In this document: one piece after another, positions 10,404 to 23,900 of the stretch
Numbering within the stretch: position 1 is the stretch's first letter
Layout of the letters: each line of letters opens with the position of its first letter
NCBI RefSeq assembly: GCF_030028105.1
Contig: NC_092376.1
Span: 178,660,080 to 178,724,079 of the forward strand
Source: Mobula birostris
Lineage: Eukaryota
DNA length: 64,000 bases
Direction of reading: 5' to 3'
The notes under the pieces: generated by a model
What the model was told of the DNA's origin: nothing
The model's database searches: none
The model's input: only the letters and a program-made list of their open reading frames with translations
Translations under genes and position numbers: made by a program

Positions 10404-12794
10404 ATGGCGAATTCGCAGAACAACAACGCCTTGATACCGTTGGTGCTGATTTTTATTCTCCTTGTTGTCGCACTGAGACAAGGTCTGGGTCTGATTCGCT
10501 ATTCTATTCCAGAGGAATTGGAATATGGCTCTCCTGTCGGGAATATTGCTGAAAATTTAGGTCTAGGCTTAAGAGAATTATCAGCACGAAAATGTCGTTT
10601 CGTCTCAGCTGACGGAAGCCGGTACTTAGAGGTAAATTTAGAGACTGGTCTCCTGTTTGTGAGCGGTCGGATAGACAGAGAACAGCTTTGTGCACAGAGC
10701 CCTACTTGCAATCTTGCCTTTCAGATAATACTAGAAAACCCTCTCGAAATGTACCGCGGGGAAGTGGAGATTCTCGATATAAATGATAATTCGCCCTCAT
10801 TCCCAGAAAACACCATCGTCTTGCAAATGGCCGAATCTGTTGCACCAGGTACCCGCTTCCCACTAGAGAGCGCACTTGATCCAGACGTGGGATCAAACAC
10901 CGTCAATACGTATATAATCAGTCCCAACGAGAACTTTGGTTTGAAGATGCACGTCAGAAAGAATACTGTTACAAATGCAGATTTGCTGTTACAGAAATCA
11001 TTGGACCGTGAACGAGAAGCAGTTATCCAACTTGTATTGACTGCTGTTGACGGCGGTAAACCTCCGAGGTCAGGGACAACTCAAATTACCATCCGTGTAC
11101 TAGACAATAACGATAATGCACCTGTGTTCGATAATGATGTATATACGGTGAAACTGGAAGAAAACTTACCTTTGGGAACATTGGTGACGAAAATCAGTGC
11201 TGTTGATCTGGACCAAGGTACTAACGGTGAGCTGAAATACTCTTTCGTTAATCTCCCAGACAGAGTGCGCGAATTATTCAGCCTGGACCCTGAAACTGGT
11301 GAGTTGAAAGTTCAGGAACGGCTAGACTTTGAGGATGAGAAAAGTTACGAACTTGATGTTCAAGCCGTGGATAATGGTTCACCAGCACTAACAGGACATT
11401 CCAAAGTTCTGATCGATTTGATTGATATGAATGATAATCCCCCGGAGATAACACTGATATCCCTGTCTGGCAAAGTCCGCGAAGATGCCCTGCCCGGGAC
11501 AGTGGTTGCGCTGTTGGACGTAACGGATCGTGATTCAGGAACAAACGGACAAGTTCACTGTGAGATTCCACTGGGACTTCCGTTTAAAATTCAGTCCTCC
11601 CAGAGGGACCATTGTAAAGTGGCCACCTCTCGTCTATTGGATCGGGAAACCAACCCGATGTATACGATACCTGTCACGGCCTGGGACTCCGGGCTTCCTC
11701 CGCTATCAACAAATCAAACAATCCAGTTACCTGTGTCTGATGTAAATGACAATATACCACAATTTTCCCAATCTTCCTATGCCGTCTATGTGATGGAGAA
11801 TAATGCTCCAGGTATTTCCATTTTCACAGTTAATGCGTTCGATCCGGATCTGGACCAGAACTCCTATATTTCTTATTCCTTCAAGGAAATTTCGCAGGAT
11901 TCACTGATACCCACACACTTCAGCATTGCCTCAATGAACGGCACAATTTACGCATTACGCTCCTTTGACTACGAGAAGGTCAAAAGCATTCGGATCTATG
12001 TTCAAGCCCGTGACGCTGGAGTGCCTCCGCTTAGCAGCAGCGCTACGGTGAATGTGATCATCCTGGATCAAAATGACAACGCTCCTATAATTGTTTCACC
12101 GTCAGCACAGAGTAGATCGGGAGGCGTGGAGGTCCTGCCCCAGTCAGCGGGTCAGGGGTACTTGGTCACCAAAATCATAGCAACTGATGCAGATTCTGGT
12201 CAGAATGCTCGGCTCTCTTACCAGATTGTTCAGGCAACCGATGTCACTCTCTTCAGTGTGGGGCGGAATTCAGGGGATATCAGAACAACGAGAACTATTT
12301 CAGAGCTGGATGATGCATCGCAGAGTATTGTCATCTTAGTGAGGGACAACGGACAGCCGAGCATGTCCACTACAACCACAATCTTCTTGTCGATTTCGGG
12401 CAATCTTACTGAGAATGTGTCTGAAAAGAGGGATTTTCATAGTAATCCTCGTTATGTTTCGGACATGAATCTTTATTTACTTGTGACCTTCGGATCAACA
12501 TCGGTTTTGTTTCTTCTGATCATCGTTTTCTTGGTTTTATTAAAGTGTAAGCAAGATGGTGGCATTGTCCGAGATTTCGGTTGCCCAATATGTTGTCCCA
12601 GACCGCGAAATTCGAAGGAAGTCTTTACTCGGTGCGATGCACCAAGAGATTCGTCAAATTGCACTGGAACTGGTCAGAGGGCATCCTTCTCTGAGAGCTA
12701 TCATTACTCGGTGTGTTTGACACCCGAATCATCCAAGAGCGAATTTCTTTTCCTGAAACCCTACAACCTAAACTTCACTCAAGGTCAGCGTTGA
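10404..12794 (+). CDS. Clustered protocadherin, 796 aa, close paralogue of 5145-7535
   Basis: Same architecture (SP, 6 EC, TM, YSVCLTPESSKSEFLFLKP tail). CAQSPTC in EC1. ACAATGG start context. Confidence 0.95.
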   Translation: MANSQNNNALIPLVLIFILLVVALRQGLGLIRYSIPEELEYGSPVGNIAENLGLGLRELSARKCRFVSADGSRYLEVNLETGLLFVSGRIDREQLCAQSPTCNLAFQIILENPLEMYRGEVEILDINDNSPSFPENTIVLQMAESVAPGTRFPLESALDPDVGSNTVNTYIISPNENFGLKMHVRKNTVTNADLLLQKSLDREREAVIQLVLTAVDGGKPPRSGTTQITIRVLDNNDNAPVFDNDVYTVKLEENLPLGTLVTKISAVDLDQGTNGELKYSFVNLPDRVRELFSLDPETGELKVQERLDFEDEKSYELDVQAVDNGSPALTGHSKVLIDLIDMNDNPPEITLISLSGKVREDALPGTVVALLDVTDRDSGTNGQVHCEIPLGLPFKIQSSQRDHCKVATSRLLDRETNPMYTIPVTAWDSGLPPLSTNQTIQLPVSDVNDNIPQFSQSSYAVYVMENNAPGISIFTVNAFDPDLDQNSYISYSFKEISQDSLIPTHFSIASMNGTIYALRSFDYEKVKSIRIYVQARDAGVPPLSSSATVNVIILDQNDNAPIIVSPSAQSRSGGVEVLPQSAGQGYLVTKIIATDADSGQNARLSYQIVQATDVTLFSVGRNSGDIRTTRTISELDDASQSIVILVRDNGQPSMSTTTTIFLSISGNLTENVSEKRDFHSNPRYVSDMNLYLLVTFGSTSVLFLLIIVFLVLLKCKQDGGIVRDFGCPICCPRPRNSKEVFTRCDAPRDSSNCTGTGQRASFSESYHYSVCLTPESSKSEFLFLKPYNLNFTQGQR

Positions 12795-14849
12795 ACCAGA
12801 AAGTTGCTATAAAACTGGAGGGTTTTTACAAAATCCTAACATTTACTTAAATTTGGGAGGTAAATATTATTGCCTTTCATTATTTGGTTGTTTATCAGAT
12901 ACACTGTACCAATAAGTTGATCCAAATATGTAACCATGGTTAACTTTGATTGCCTAGCCGACTGATTGACAAAAGGCCATAACGCATCCTGAATGGTTAA
13001 CAGTTAATGTTTGAAAATCCGTGATGATATTCAATCCACTGACTGGTAAGGGTTTGGCACTTTTTTAATATATAAAAGCTGCGCCTACTTATGAAAGAAT
13101 AATATTGAAACACTGCAGTTTAATGCTTAATTTGACAACAAGTTAGGAGCTTTTCCTTGAGGCAAAGAATCATTGTGATGTGCTTCTGACTTTCACGCGA
13201 TACGTCATATTCAGTGGTATATTTACACGAAAGCAGGTAATACTTTTAGAGCCTCCACCCCTCTATCTTGTTCATCCTTCTCCAGCAGCAAGATATTATT
13301 TATCTTACGCTTATCAAGCTTTCGCTTACACCACGCTATTTGACGGAATGTGCTGCCTTGCTCCGCAGCCTTTAACTGGAATCATTTTCCCCGAATTACT
13401 TACTGATTTATTAATACTTGATTATTTTTAAGATCCTTGATCATTGGCCATGTTATTTTATCATAGGGGTAGCTCATGCAAATATTTTCCTCTTATATAC
13501 CCTGTTGAATTATCTTAGAATCTTTATCCAATTCGTTCAGCGATATTCCGGCTTTTCTTAATTTACAATTTCACCTGAAATATGACATCGTTTTGTTTAA
13601 TTTTCTCCCATGTCGCCTCGATGTTTTCAAATGTATTTCCGAACTAAACTTCCGGCGATGCTGCTTTGCTTTTGAATTCCATTCTGCTGTAGTTGGCTCT
13701 CGGAGTCTGGGTGTCTGCATTCTTTATAAAGGGCCTATTCTGAATGATTGGTTTTCGTGATTTGCTTATTTCTGTCTTTGATTAAGTTTCCTAGAAATCG
13801 TTGTCCATGTTGTTAATTTTCATGTATTATCCTGTTCTGCTCATTCAAATAAAATGCCCTTTCGTTCATTTCTCTGTTTTGTGCCTGTTTTTTTACCCAT
13901 TTGTTAATCGTACAAGTCACCGCATTCTGCCTATGTCACATTATTTTCCTGTCACTATTAGCTAACAGGAAGCAGTAGCGTTTATTGCCCGTAATGGATT
14001 GTTGTATATTTTAAGCTGTACCGCCGAATCTAGCTGCAAGTATTTTTCACCGGCAAATCATCGGCAGTTACGTTTGCAACAGGATCTATCCTGGAATATT
14101 ATTTTCATCTTTTGCCGGTCTGTTATTTTGCACCCAATCACAACTGATCTCATCTATCTTTAGGACAGATACTCGTCTACTCTTCTACAGATCCATTTAA
14201 ACACCATACTCCGATTTTTGGCATTATCCTGCAGAGTTTCCTTATTCAAGATCTGTTGAAATTTCAAAAGAATAGAAACAAACGAACATATTAGTACCAG
14301 ACTCAATATTCTTGCCTTTACTTTCTCCTGTTTTTCAATTAGTTCAACACGATTGGTCTATGAATACATTAAATTTGGATATCCTCACTGATTCTCTTTT
14401 TGTTTCTACGTTTCTTCTTTAGGTGTTTTACAAATTTATCATTTAGCAGAGATTATCTTCCGTCACTTTAACATTTCGTCATGTGGCGTACAGTTCACTA
14501 AGTAATTTTAATGCCGGTTTAGGAACAAAAATTATAAATAATTGCCTGCTCATCCTGTGACAGGAAATCCCTGCGTGGTTACCATATCTTTTCGTTGTAT
14601 TTTGTATTCCATCACTGTTTTATTCAAACTTTGTGGATGCATTCCACTTCGATCAGATATTTTATCCCCGACTATTCTAATCAATTCAATGGCGAACACT
14701 CATCTAAATCTCCCAGAATTGCTTCAATTACTTATTCCCGAAAAACATGACGTGTCTACCAAGAACTTGGCACGAAGCTACAGGTACATAGATCCTTTGA
14801 AATGCCAGTGTGAAAACGAAAGTATTTCGCATGCTTGCTTTAATTGTCG

Positions 14850-15640
14850 GTACGTTGCGGAAAAGAATTAGGACACAATGATTTAACTGTAAAAGTTGTT
14901 ACTGACACCACACTTGGAGTGTGGCTTTCAGTCCTCGTCGTCCACGTATAAAATGATAGGGTGCAGATAAGAATAATAAAATTGTTTCAAGATTTGGGGG
15001 ACTAGGGTTACTAGGAGAGTCTTTTACGCAGAGGACGGCATGTACGTCGAAAGGGATGCCGGAGAATGGCATCTTAGCCTTTCTTCTTGGAGCGATGGAG
15101 GGTGAGAGGTGACCTGATAGAGGTGGATAAGATGATGAGAGGCATTGATCGTGTGGAGAGTCAGAGGCTTATTTCCCAGGGCTAAAATGGCTATCACGGA
15201 AGGGATATAGTTTTAAGGTGCTTGGAAATAGGTGCAGAGGAGATGTCAGGAGTAAGTGCTTTTAACGCAGAGAGTGGTGAGTGCGTGGAATGGGCTGCCG
15301 GCGATGGTGGTGGAGGTAGATACAGTAGGGCCTTTTAAGAGACTCCTGGATGGGTACATGGAGCTTAGAAAATAAAGGGCTATGGGTCACTCTAGGTAAT
15401 TTCTAAAGTAAGTACATGTTCGGCACAACATTGTGTTGTAGTTTTTTTATGTTATTATGTTTTTAACGCCATGAAGGCTGGTACAATTTTAATGTTTAAA
15501 AGACAGATTCACGGAGAGAAAACGTTTAGAGCGATATAGGCCAAATGCAGTGAAAGGGGATTAGCTCCAACAGCCATTTTGGTCTGCAGGGATGATGGGC
15601 AAGTGGCCTGTTTCTCTCTGGTACATTGCTACGACCCTTT
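14850..15640 (+). mobile_element. CR1 3' fragments (younger piece ~15040-15460 nested in an older one)
   Basis: Translates to CR1 RT C-terminal motifs (gagaggtgacctgatagagg = RGDLIE; agagtggtgagtgcgtggaat = RVV..WN). Tail ttatgttattatg. Confidence 0.75.
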
Positions 15641-15774
15641 TCATTAGCTGACTGGCTTGTTAATCAACCCAAATAATGGTGACTTAAAATAACTATGAAA
15701 ATTTTTTGGAATTTTTGTCAATATAGGCGAGCTCACAATGTGCACGTGTTGGATCTAGAAGGCCATAAGTTCAG

Positions 15775-16305
15775 AGTTCAAAGTTCAAAGTAAATATATA
15801 ATCAAAGTACATATATATCACAATATACAGCACCGACGTTGGTTTCCTTGCGGGCATCCTCAATAAATCAATAATAGAATAATAACCATAATAGAATCAA
15901 TGAAAAACCACATTAAAAGGGCATTGAACTAATGTGCAAAGGACAATAAACTGTGCTAATGCAAAAAGAAGGAATTACTAATAATAAATCAGGAAGCAAG
16001 AAATATCAAGAACATGAGGTGAAAAGTTCTTGAAAGTGAGTCCATGTGTTATGGACACATTTCAGTGATGGGGCAAGAGAAGTTGAGTGCAGTTATCCAC
16101 CTTGGTTCAAGAACTTGGTGTTTGAAGTGTACTCATTATTCCAGAACCTGGTGATGGAAGTCCTGAGGCTCCTATTCTTTCTTCCTGTGACTACACTCTG
16201 TGTAGATGAGCTCAGTGGTGGGGAGGGTTTTACCCGGGATGGACTGGCCCATATCCACTAAATTTTGTAGTATTGGTGTTTATATACCAGTTGTGATGCA
16301 CCACA
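15775..16305 (-). mobile_element. Rex1/Babar-type LINE 3' fragment
   Basis: ttcaaagttcaaagtaaat tail at the left end. The minus strand resembles the Rex1 C-terminal region seen on + at 23480-23900 and 33666-34260. Confidence 0.6.
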
Positions 16306-16309
16306 CATA

Positions 16310-19300
16310 GACCATAGAACATAGAAATTTACAGCATATTACAAGCCCTACGGCCCACATTATTGTGCAGCCACGTAAACTACATTAGAAACTGCCCAGA
16401 ACTTCCCTTGTGTATAGCCCTCTATTTTTCTAAGCTCAATGTACCTATCTAAGAGGCTCTTAAAAGACCCTGTTGTATCCGCTTACACCACCGCTGCCGG
16501 CAGGGCAATCCACCCACCCACCACTCTGTATGTGAACCATTTACCCCGACGTCCTTTGGCGGTACCTATTTCCAAGTACCTCAAAACTATGCCCCCTGGT
16601 GTTAGTCATTTCAGCCCTGGGAAAAAGCCTCTGGTTATCCGCACGGTCAATGCCCCTCATCATCTTATACACAGCCATCCGTTTACCTTTCATCCTCCGT
16701 CGCTCCAAGGAGAAAAGGCCAAGTGCACTCAGCCTATTCTCATAAGGTACGCCCTTTAATCCAGGCAACAACCTTGTAAATCTCCTCTGCACTCTATCTA
16801 AAGTATCCACCTCCTTCCTGTAGTGAGGTGACCAGGATGAATACAATACTCCAAGTGGAGTCTGACCAAGCTCTTCTATATCTGTAATATTACCTTCCGG
16901 CTCGTGAACCCAATCCCATGGTTGTAAATGCCAAAACACCATACACCTTCTTAACAACACTGTCAACCCGCCCAGCATCTTTGAGTGTCCTATCAACACG
17001 GACCCCAAGATCTCTCAACTCCTCCACACTTCCAAGGGTATAATCATTTATATTATATTCTGTCTTCAGATTTGACCTACAAAAATGAAACAATTCACAC
17101 TTATCTGGATTGAAGTCTATATGTCACTTCCCAGCCCAGTTCTGCATCCTATCGACGTCCCGCTGTAACCTCTGACAACACTCCAGCCTATCCACAACAC
17201 CCCCAACCTTTGTGTCATCAGCAAACGTACTAACCCAACCTTCTACTTCTTCATCCAGGTCATTTATAAAAGTCACAAAGAAGAGGAGTCTCAGAACCGG
17301 CTCTCTGAGGTCACCACTGGTCACCTCTATGCAGAATACGAACCATCTACAACCACCCTTTGCCTTCTGTTTGCAAGGCAATTCTGGATCCACAAAGCAA
17401 GATCTCATTGGATCCCATGCCTCCTTACTTCCTGAAAAAGCCTTGCATGGGGAACCTTATCAAAATCCATAAACACTAGATCCACTGTTCTACCTTCATC
17501 AATGTGTTTTGTTACATCTTCAAAGAATTCAAGCAGGCTCGTAAGGCACAACCTGCCGTTGACAAAACCATACCGACTATCCCTAATCAGATTATGCGTC
17601 TCCAAACGTTCATAAATCCTGCGTCTAAGGATCTTCTCCAACAACCTGCCCACCACTGAAGTTCGTCTCACTGGCCTATAATTTTCTGGGTTATCTCTAC
17701 TCCCATTCTTGAATAAGGGAACAACATTTTCAACTCCCCACCCCCGCCCAAACCTCCGGTACTTTTTCCGTCCCTATTGATGACGCTAAGATCATCGCCA
17801 GAGGCTCAGCAATCTCCTCCCTCGCTTCCCCCAGGATACTTTCCCAGTATCCTGGGATATATATCATCCAGTCCCGGTGACTTATCTAACTTAATGCTTT
17901 CCAAAAGCTCCAGCACATCCTCTTTCTCAAAGTCTATATGCTCAAGCGTTTCTGTCCGCTCTCAGGTATCCCCACATTTGCCAATGTCTTTTTCCTTGGT
18001 GAATACTGAAGCAAAGTATTCATTAAGTACCTCCGCTACCTCCTCCAAATCCAGACACACGTTTCCACGATTGCAACTGATTAGTCCTATTCTCACGTGA
18101 CTCATCCTCTTGAGCTTCACATACTTGTAGAATGCCTTGGGGTTTTCCTTAATCCTACTCACCGTGGCATTCTCATAGCCTCTTCTAGCTCTCCTAATTC
18201 CATTCCTAAACTCCTTCCTAGCAACCTTGTAATTTTCTGGAGCTTGAACTGTACCCAGTTTCTTAAACCTTTCGTAAAGTTTTCTTTTCTTCTTAACTAG
18301 ATTTTCTACAGCCTTTGAATACCACAGTTGTTCAACCCTGTGATCCTTTCCCTGTCTCAATGGAACATACCTATGCAGATGTCCATGCAAATGTTCCCTG
18401 AACACTTGCCACATTTCTGCCCTGCATTTCTCTGAAATCATCTGCTCCCAGTTTATGCTCCCCAGTTCTAGCCTAGTCGCATCATACTTTCCCCCAGTTA
18501 AATATTTTCCCAAATTGCATGGTGAAGGAGATAGAGTTGCGGTTACTACCTCCAAAATGTTCCCCTACCGAGAGATCTGACACTTGTCCAGGCTCATTTC
18601 CCAATACCAATCAAGTACACGCTCTCCTCTAGTTGGCTTATCTACATATTGCGTCAGGAAACCTTCCTGAACGCACCTAACAAACTCCACCCCATCTAAA
18701 CCCCGTGCGCTAAGGGTATGCCAATCAATGTTAGGAAAGATGAAATCTCCCATCACAATAACCCGATTATTATTGCACCATTCCAGAATCTGCCAGCCTA
18801 TCTGCTCTTCGATATCCCTGTTATTATTGTGGAGGTCTATAAAAACACCCAATAGAGGTATTGCCCCTTTCCTGTTTCTGACTTTCACCCACACTGACTC
18901 AGTAGACCATCCCTCTATGACTTCCGCCTTTTCTGCATCCATGAAACTGTCCCTAATTAGCAATACCACGTCCCCACCTCATTTCCACCCCTCCCGTTCT
19001 TTTTGGAGCATCTAAAGCCTGGCACACTCAGCAGCCATTCCTGCTCCTGAAACATCGAAGTCTCTGTAATGGCCACGACGTCCCAGTTCCACGTATTGAT
19101 CCACGGTCTCACTTCATCCGCCTTGTTTACGATACCCCTTGCATTAAAATAGACACATCTCAAACAATCAGGCCGAGCGCATCTTTGCTCTAATATCTGC
19201 CAGTCCTTACTCACAAACTGCCTACAAGCTGTCTCTATTTGTGTTCCAACCGCCCATCCTCGGCTCTTTCACTTCGCTTCCCAGCCCCCTGAAAATCTAG

Positions 19301-19900
19301 TTTAACACCCACCCTCCGATAGCATTAATAAACTTCCCCGCCGGGATATGGGCGCTCCTCGGATTCAACTTCCACTCATCGTTTTTGTACAGGCCACACC
19401 TGCCCCAGAAGAGATCCCCATGATCCAAAAATCTGAATCCTTGTCCCCTGTTCCGATCCTTCAGCCACACATTTATCCTCCACCTCATTCTATTCCTGTA
19501 CTCACCGTCGCGTGGCACAGACAGCAATCCTGAGATTAGAACCTTTGAGGTCCTGCTTCTCAGCTTCCTTCCTAACTCCCTGTATTCTGCTTTCACGACC
19601 TCTGGCTTCTTACCCTCCCATTTCAGGATATTGTGGACGCGCTGAGAAACATCATGAAACCTGGAACCTGGGAGGCAAACTACCATCCTCGTTACTTTTT
19701 CCCTGTCCACAGAATCGCCTATCTGTCGCCCCTAACTATAGAGTCCCCTATTACCCCGTCCTCTTTTGCCACAGGGCCAGACTCAGTGCAAGAGGCACGG
19801 CTACTGTTGCATCCCCCAGGTAGGTAGTCACCTCCAACAGCAATCATAATGGAGTCCTTATTTTTAAGGGGGACAGACACAGGGGTGCTCTCCACGACAC
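16310..19900 (-). mobile_element. CR1 LINE, near full length, inactivated (ORF1 esterase, APE endonuclease, RT)
   Basis: Fragments: RMVVCLPGSRFHDVS (ORF1 SGNH-like), YFNARGIVNK and VAITET (EN), MGDFIFPNIDW, KENPKAFYKY, FADDTKVGG (RT), LFSLERRRM. Many stops and frameshifts. Confidence 0.9.
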
Positions 19901-20432
19901 ATCTATAGAAGTTTATGCAATAAATAGAATTATTTAGCTTTCGAGTTTAGTTTTTTTTTTGTTTGTGGAAAGAAGAACCCGAAACGTTTCAGGTTCTGAA
20001 GCTGAAATTTTAATTCGTCTTCTTTCTATATATGATTCCTGACCGGCTGAGTGTTTTGTTTCAGTATTTTCTCTGACTTCTTTCAGAATTCTGGCACTGT
20101 CGATTTTTTTTCATGGTTTTCATAGAATTTAAGGTAACTTTTTTTTTTTCCGGGTACATTTCAATTGTGCTTCATTTCTATTCCTCAGCAAAGGTGCTTC
20201 GAACCGGAGAAATTGCATTTACGCAAAATATTTCGCCCCTACATTATCTCTTACCCGTTCAAATATCCTAGTAGCTTTATATTTGTGAAACAGTATATAG
20301 TTATTTTCTGAACTTCCAGTCTTAAAAGGCGGAAATGAACAACACAAGCTGCAGTTTATTACACTGAGTTTTATTTAATTGTTTAGGGTAGAAGTAGGGC
20401 CATTGACTCAAGATTCCGAGGAATAGATTTAG

Positions 20433-23058
20433 AAACATAGAAAACCTACAGCACAATACAGGCCTTTCGGCCGATAAAGCTGTGCCGAACATGTTCTTAC
20501 CTTAGAGATTACCTAGGGTTACCCAGAGCCCTCTATTTTTCTAAGCTCCATGTACCTATCCAAAAGTCTCTTAAAAGTCCCTATCGTATCCGCCTCCACT
20601 ACTGACGCTGGCAGCCTATTCCACGTGCTCACCGCTCTGCAGGGAAAAACTTACCCCTGACATCTCCCTCTGTACCTACTTCCAAGCACCTTAAAACTGT
20701 GCCCTCTCGTGCTAGCCATCTCTGCGCTGGGTAAAAACCTCTGACTATCCACACGATCCGTGGCTCTCATCATCTTATGCACCTCTATTAGGCCACCTTT
20801 CATCCTCCGTCGCTCCAAGGAGAAAAGGCCGAGTCCACTCAACGTATTCTCATAACGCATGCTCCCCAATCCAGGCAACATCCTTCTAAATCTCGTCTGC
20901 ACCCATTCTATGGTTTCCACATCCTTCCTGAGTGAGGCGACCAAAACTGATCACAGTATTCCAAGTCGAGTCTGACCAGGGTCCTATATAGCTGTAATAT
21001 TACCTGTCGGCTCTTTAACTTAATGCCACGGATGATGAAGGCCAATGCACCGTATGCCTTCTTAACCACAGAGTCAACCTGCACAGCTGCTTTGAGTACA
21101 CAGCTGCTTTGAGTATCCTATGGACTCGGATCCCAAGATCCCTCTCATTCTTAAACACTGCTAAGAGTCTTACCATTAATATTATAATCTGCCATCATAT
21201 TTGACCTACCAAAATGAACCACTTCACATTATCTGGGTTGAACTTCATATGCCACTTCTCAGCCCAGTTTTACATCCTATCAATTTCCTGCTGTAACCTC
21301 TGACAGCCTCCACACTATCCACAACCTCCTCAACGTTTGTGCCATCAGCACATTTTCTAACCCATCTCTCCACTTATTCATCCAGGTCATTTATTAAAAT
21401 CACAAAGAGTAGGGGTCGCAGAACAGATCCCTGAGGCACACCACTGGTCACTGACTTAAATACAGAATGTGACCCTTCTACAACCACTCCTTGCCTTCTG
21501 TGGGCAAGCCCGTTCTGGATCCACAAAGCAATGTCCCCTTGGATCCCATGCCTCCTTACTTTCTCAGAAAGTCTTCCATGGGGTACCTTATTAAATGCCT
21601 TACTGAAATCCATATACACTACATTTACTGCGCTACCTTCATCAATGTGTTTAGTCACATCCTCAGAAAATTCATTCAGGCTCCTTAGGCACGACCTGCC
21701 TTTGACAAAGCCATGCTGAGTATTCTTAATCATATTATGCCTCTCTAAGTGTTCATAAATCCTGCCCCTCAGGGTCTTCCCAATCAACTTACCAACCAAT
21801 GAAGTAAGACTCACTGGTCTATAATTTCCTGGGCTATCTCTTCTCCCTTTCTTGAATAAGGGAACAACATCCGGAAACTTTTAATCCTCGGGAACCCCTA
21901 TTGAAGAGGCAACGATCCTCGCCAGAGGCTCAGCAATATCCTTCCTCTCCTCCCACTGTAGCCTGGGGTACATCTCGTCCGGTCCCGCTGACTTGTCCAA
22001 CTTGATCCTCTCCCAAAGCTCCATCCCATCGTCTTCCTTAATATCTACTTGCTAAAGCTTTCAGTCCGCTGTAAGTCATCCCTACAATCTCCAAGATCCT
22101 TTTCCGTAGGTAATACTGACGCAAAGTACACATTAAGTACCTCTGCTATCTCCTCCGTTCCATACACACTTTTGAACTTTCACACTTGTTTGATCCTATT
22201 CTCTCACGTCTTATCCTCTTACTCTTCACATACTTGTAGAATGCCTTGGGATTTTCCTTAATCCTGTCCACGAATGCCTCCTCATGGCCCCTTCTGGCTC
22301 TGCTAATTTCAGTCTTAAGCTCCTTCATGCTAGCCTTATGATCTTCTAGATCTCTATCATTGCCTAGTTTTTTGAACGTTTCGTAAGGGTTTCTTTTCTC
22401 CTTGACCAGATTTACAACAGCCTTTGTACACCACGTTTCCTGTCTCCTTCCATGTTTTATTGGAGCGTACTTATACAGAATTCCACGCAAAAATCCCCTG
22501 AAAGTCACATTTCTTCCGTACATTTCCCTAAGAACATCTTTTCCCAATTTATGCTTCCAAGTTCCTGCCTGATAGCCTCAGGTTTCCCCTCACTCCAATT
22601 AAACGCTTTCCTAACTTATCTGTTCCTATCCCTCTCCAATGCTATCGTAAAGGAGTTAGAATTGTGATCACTATCTCCAAAATGCTCTCCCACTGGGAGA
22701 TCTGACACCTGACCAGGTTCATTTCCCAATACCAGATCATGTACAGCCTCTCCTCTTGTCGACCTATCTACATATTGTGCTAAGAAACCTTCCTGTACAC
22801 ACCTAACTCCACTACATCTAAACCGTTTGCTCTGGGGAGATGCCAATCGATATTTGGGAAATTAAAATCTCCCGCCACAACATCCCTGTTATTATTACGC
22901 CTTTCCAGAATCTGTCTCCCTATCTGCTCCTCGATGTCCCTGTTACTATTGGGTGTTCTATGATAAATACCTAGTATATTTCTTGACCCCTTCTTGTACT
23001 TAACTTCCATCCACAGAGACTCCGTAGAGAATACCCACATGACTTCCTCCTTTTCTTC
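20433..23058 (-). mobile_element. CR1 LINE, 5'-truncated
   Basis: [52 protein letters not shown]. 8-bp TSD AGATTTAG at 20425-20432 and 23059-23066. Confidence 0.9.
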
Positions 23059-23479
23059 AGATTTAGGACGGAGACGAGGAAATATTCTATATGCCAGACA
23101 GTAGGAAGGGGAGAAGGCAGGAGAATGGAGTTTAGTTGGATTTTAAAAAAACAGCCACAATGGAATGGTGAAGCATACTCGATGGGCCGAATTGCCTAAT
23201 CCTGCTCCCATTTCTTATATATTGTGGTCATATAGTCGTGAATCTGTGGAATTCATTGCCCAGGGAAGCTACCTTATAAGATATATTTAAGATAGAGTTA
23301 TGTAGAGTTTTGCATAGCAGGGGATTTAAGGATTATGGCGACATGGACTGTGTCCACGGCCAGATCAGCTATGATCTCTTTGAAAGGTCGAACAGGTTCG
23401 CCAGGTCAGATGGCCGACTGCTGCTCCGATTTCCTATGCTCTCAACGCTCCAGTCATTATGTCTTCGTTCAGATTAATG

Positions 23480-23900
23480 GTGCGCCGACGCATACAGTAT
23501 GTGTATCTTCCAGAATCGATGCCTCAAAAAGGCGGCATCTATCATTATGGTCCCCAATCACCCACGCATTGCTACCATAAGGGAGGAGGTACAGGAACCT
23601 GAAGGCACACATTCATCGATTCAGGGACAGCCTCTTCCGCTGGACCATTCGATTTCTATATGGGCATTGAACGAAGGACCTCACAACTTTGTTTATTTTT
23701 ATTTTTGGACTACGCATTTCAATTGACTATTTAATACTCACTACAATTCACGGTTTTCTGCCTCTTTTACTATGTTTTGCCATGTACTTATACAATTCAC
23801 GGTTTTCTGCCTCTTTTACTATGTATTGCCATGTACCATGTTGCTCAAAGACAGCATATTTCACGACATCTGCCGGTGATATTAAACCTGATTCTGTATG
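23480..23900 (+). mobile_element. Rex1/Babar-type LINE 3' fragment
   Basis: KKAASII..P.HP and gggaggaggtacagg (GRRYR) motifs. 3' end attaaacctgattctg. Contains a 49-bp tandem duplication (23742-23836). Confidence 0.7.

Noticed and set aside
12781-12790. AAG|GTCAGC as the donor to constant exons
   Set aside because: Plausible only in genes 1 and 2. It is GC with poor consensus in genes 3 and 4, and no constant exons are visible in the window. Left open in the findings.
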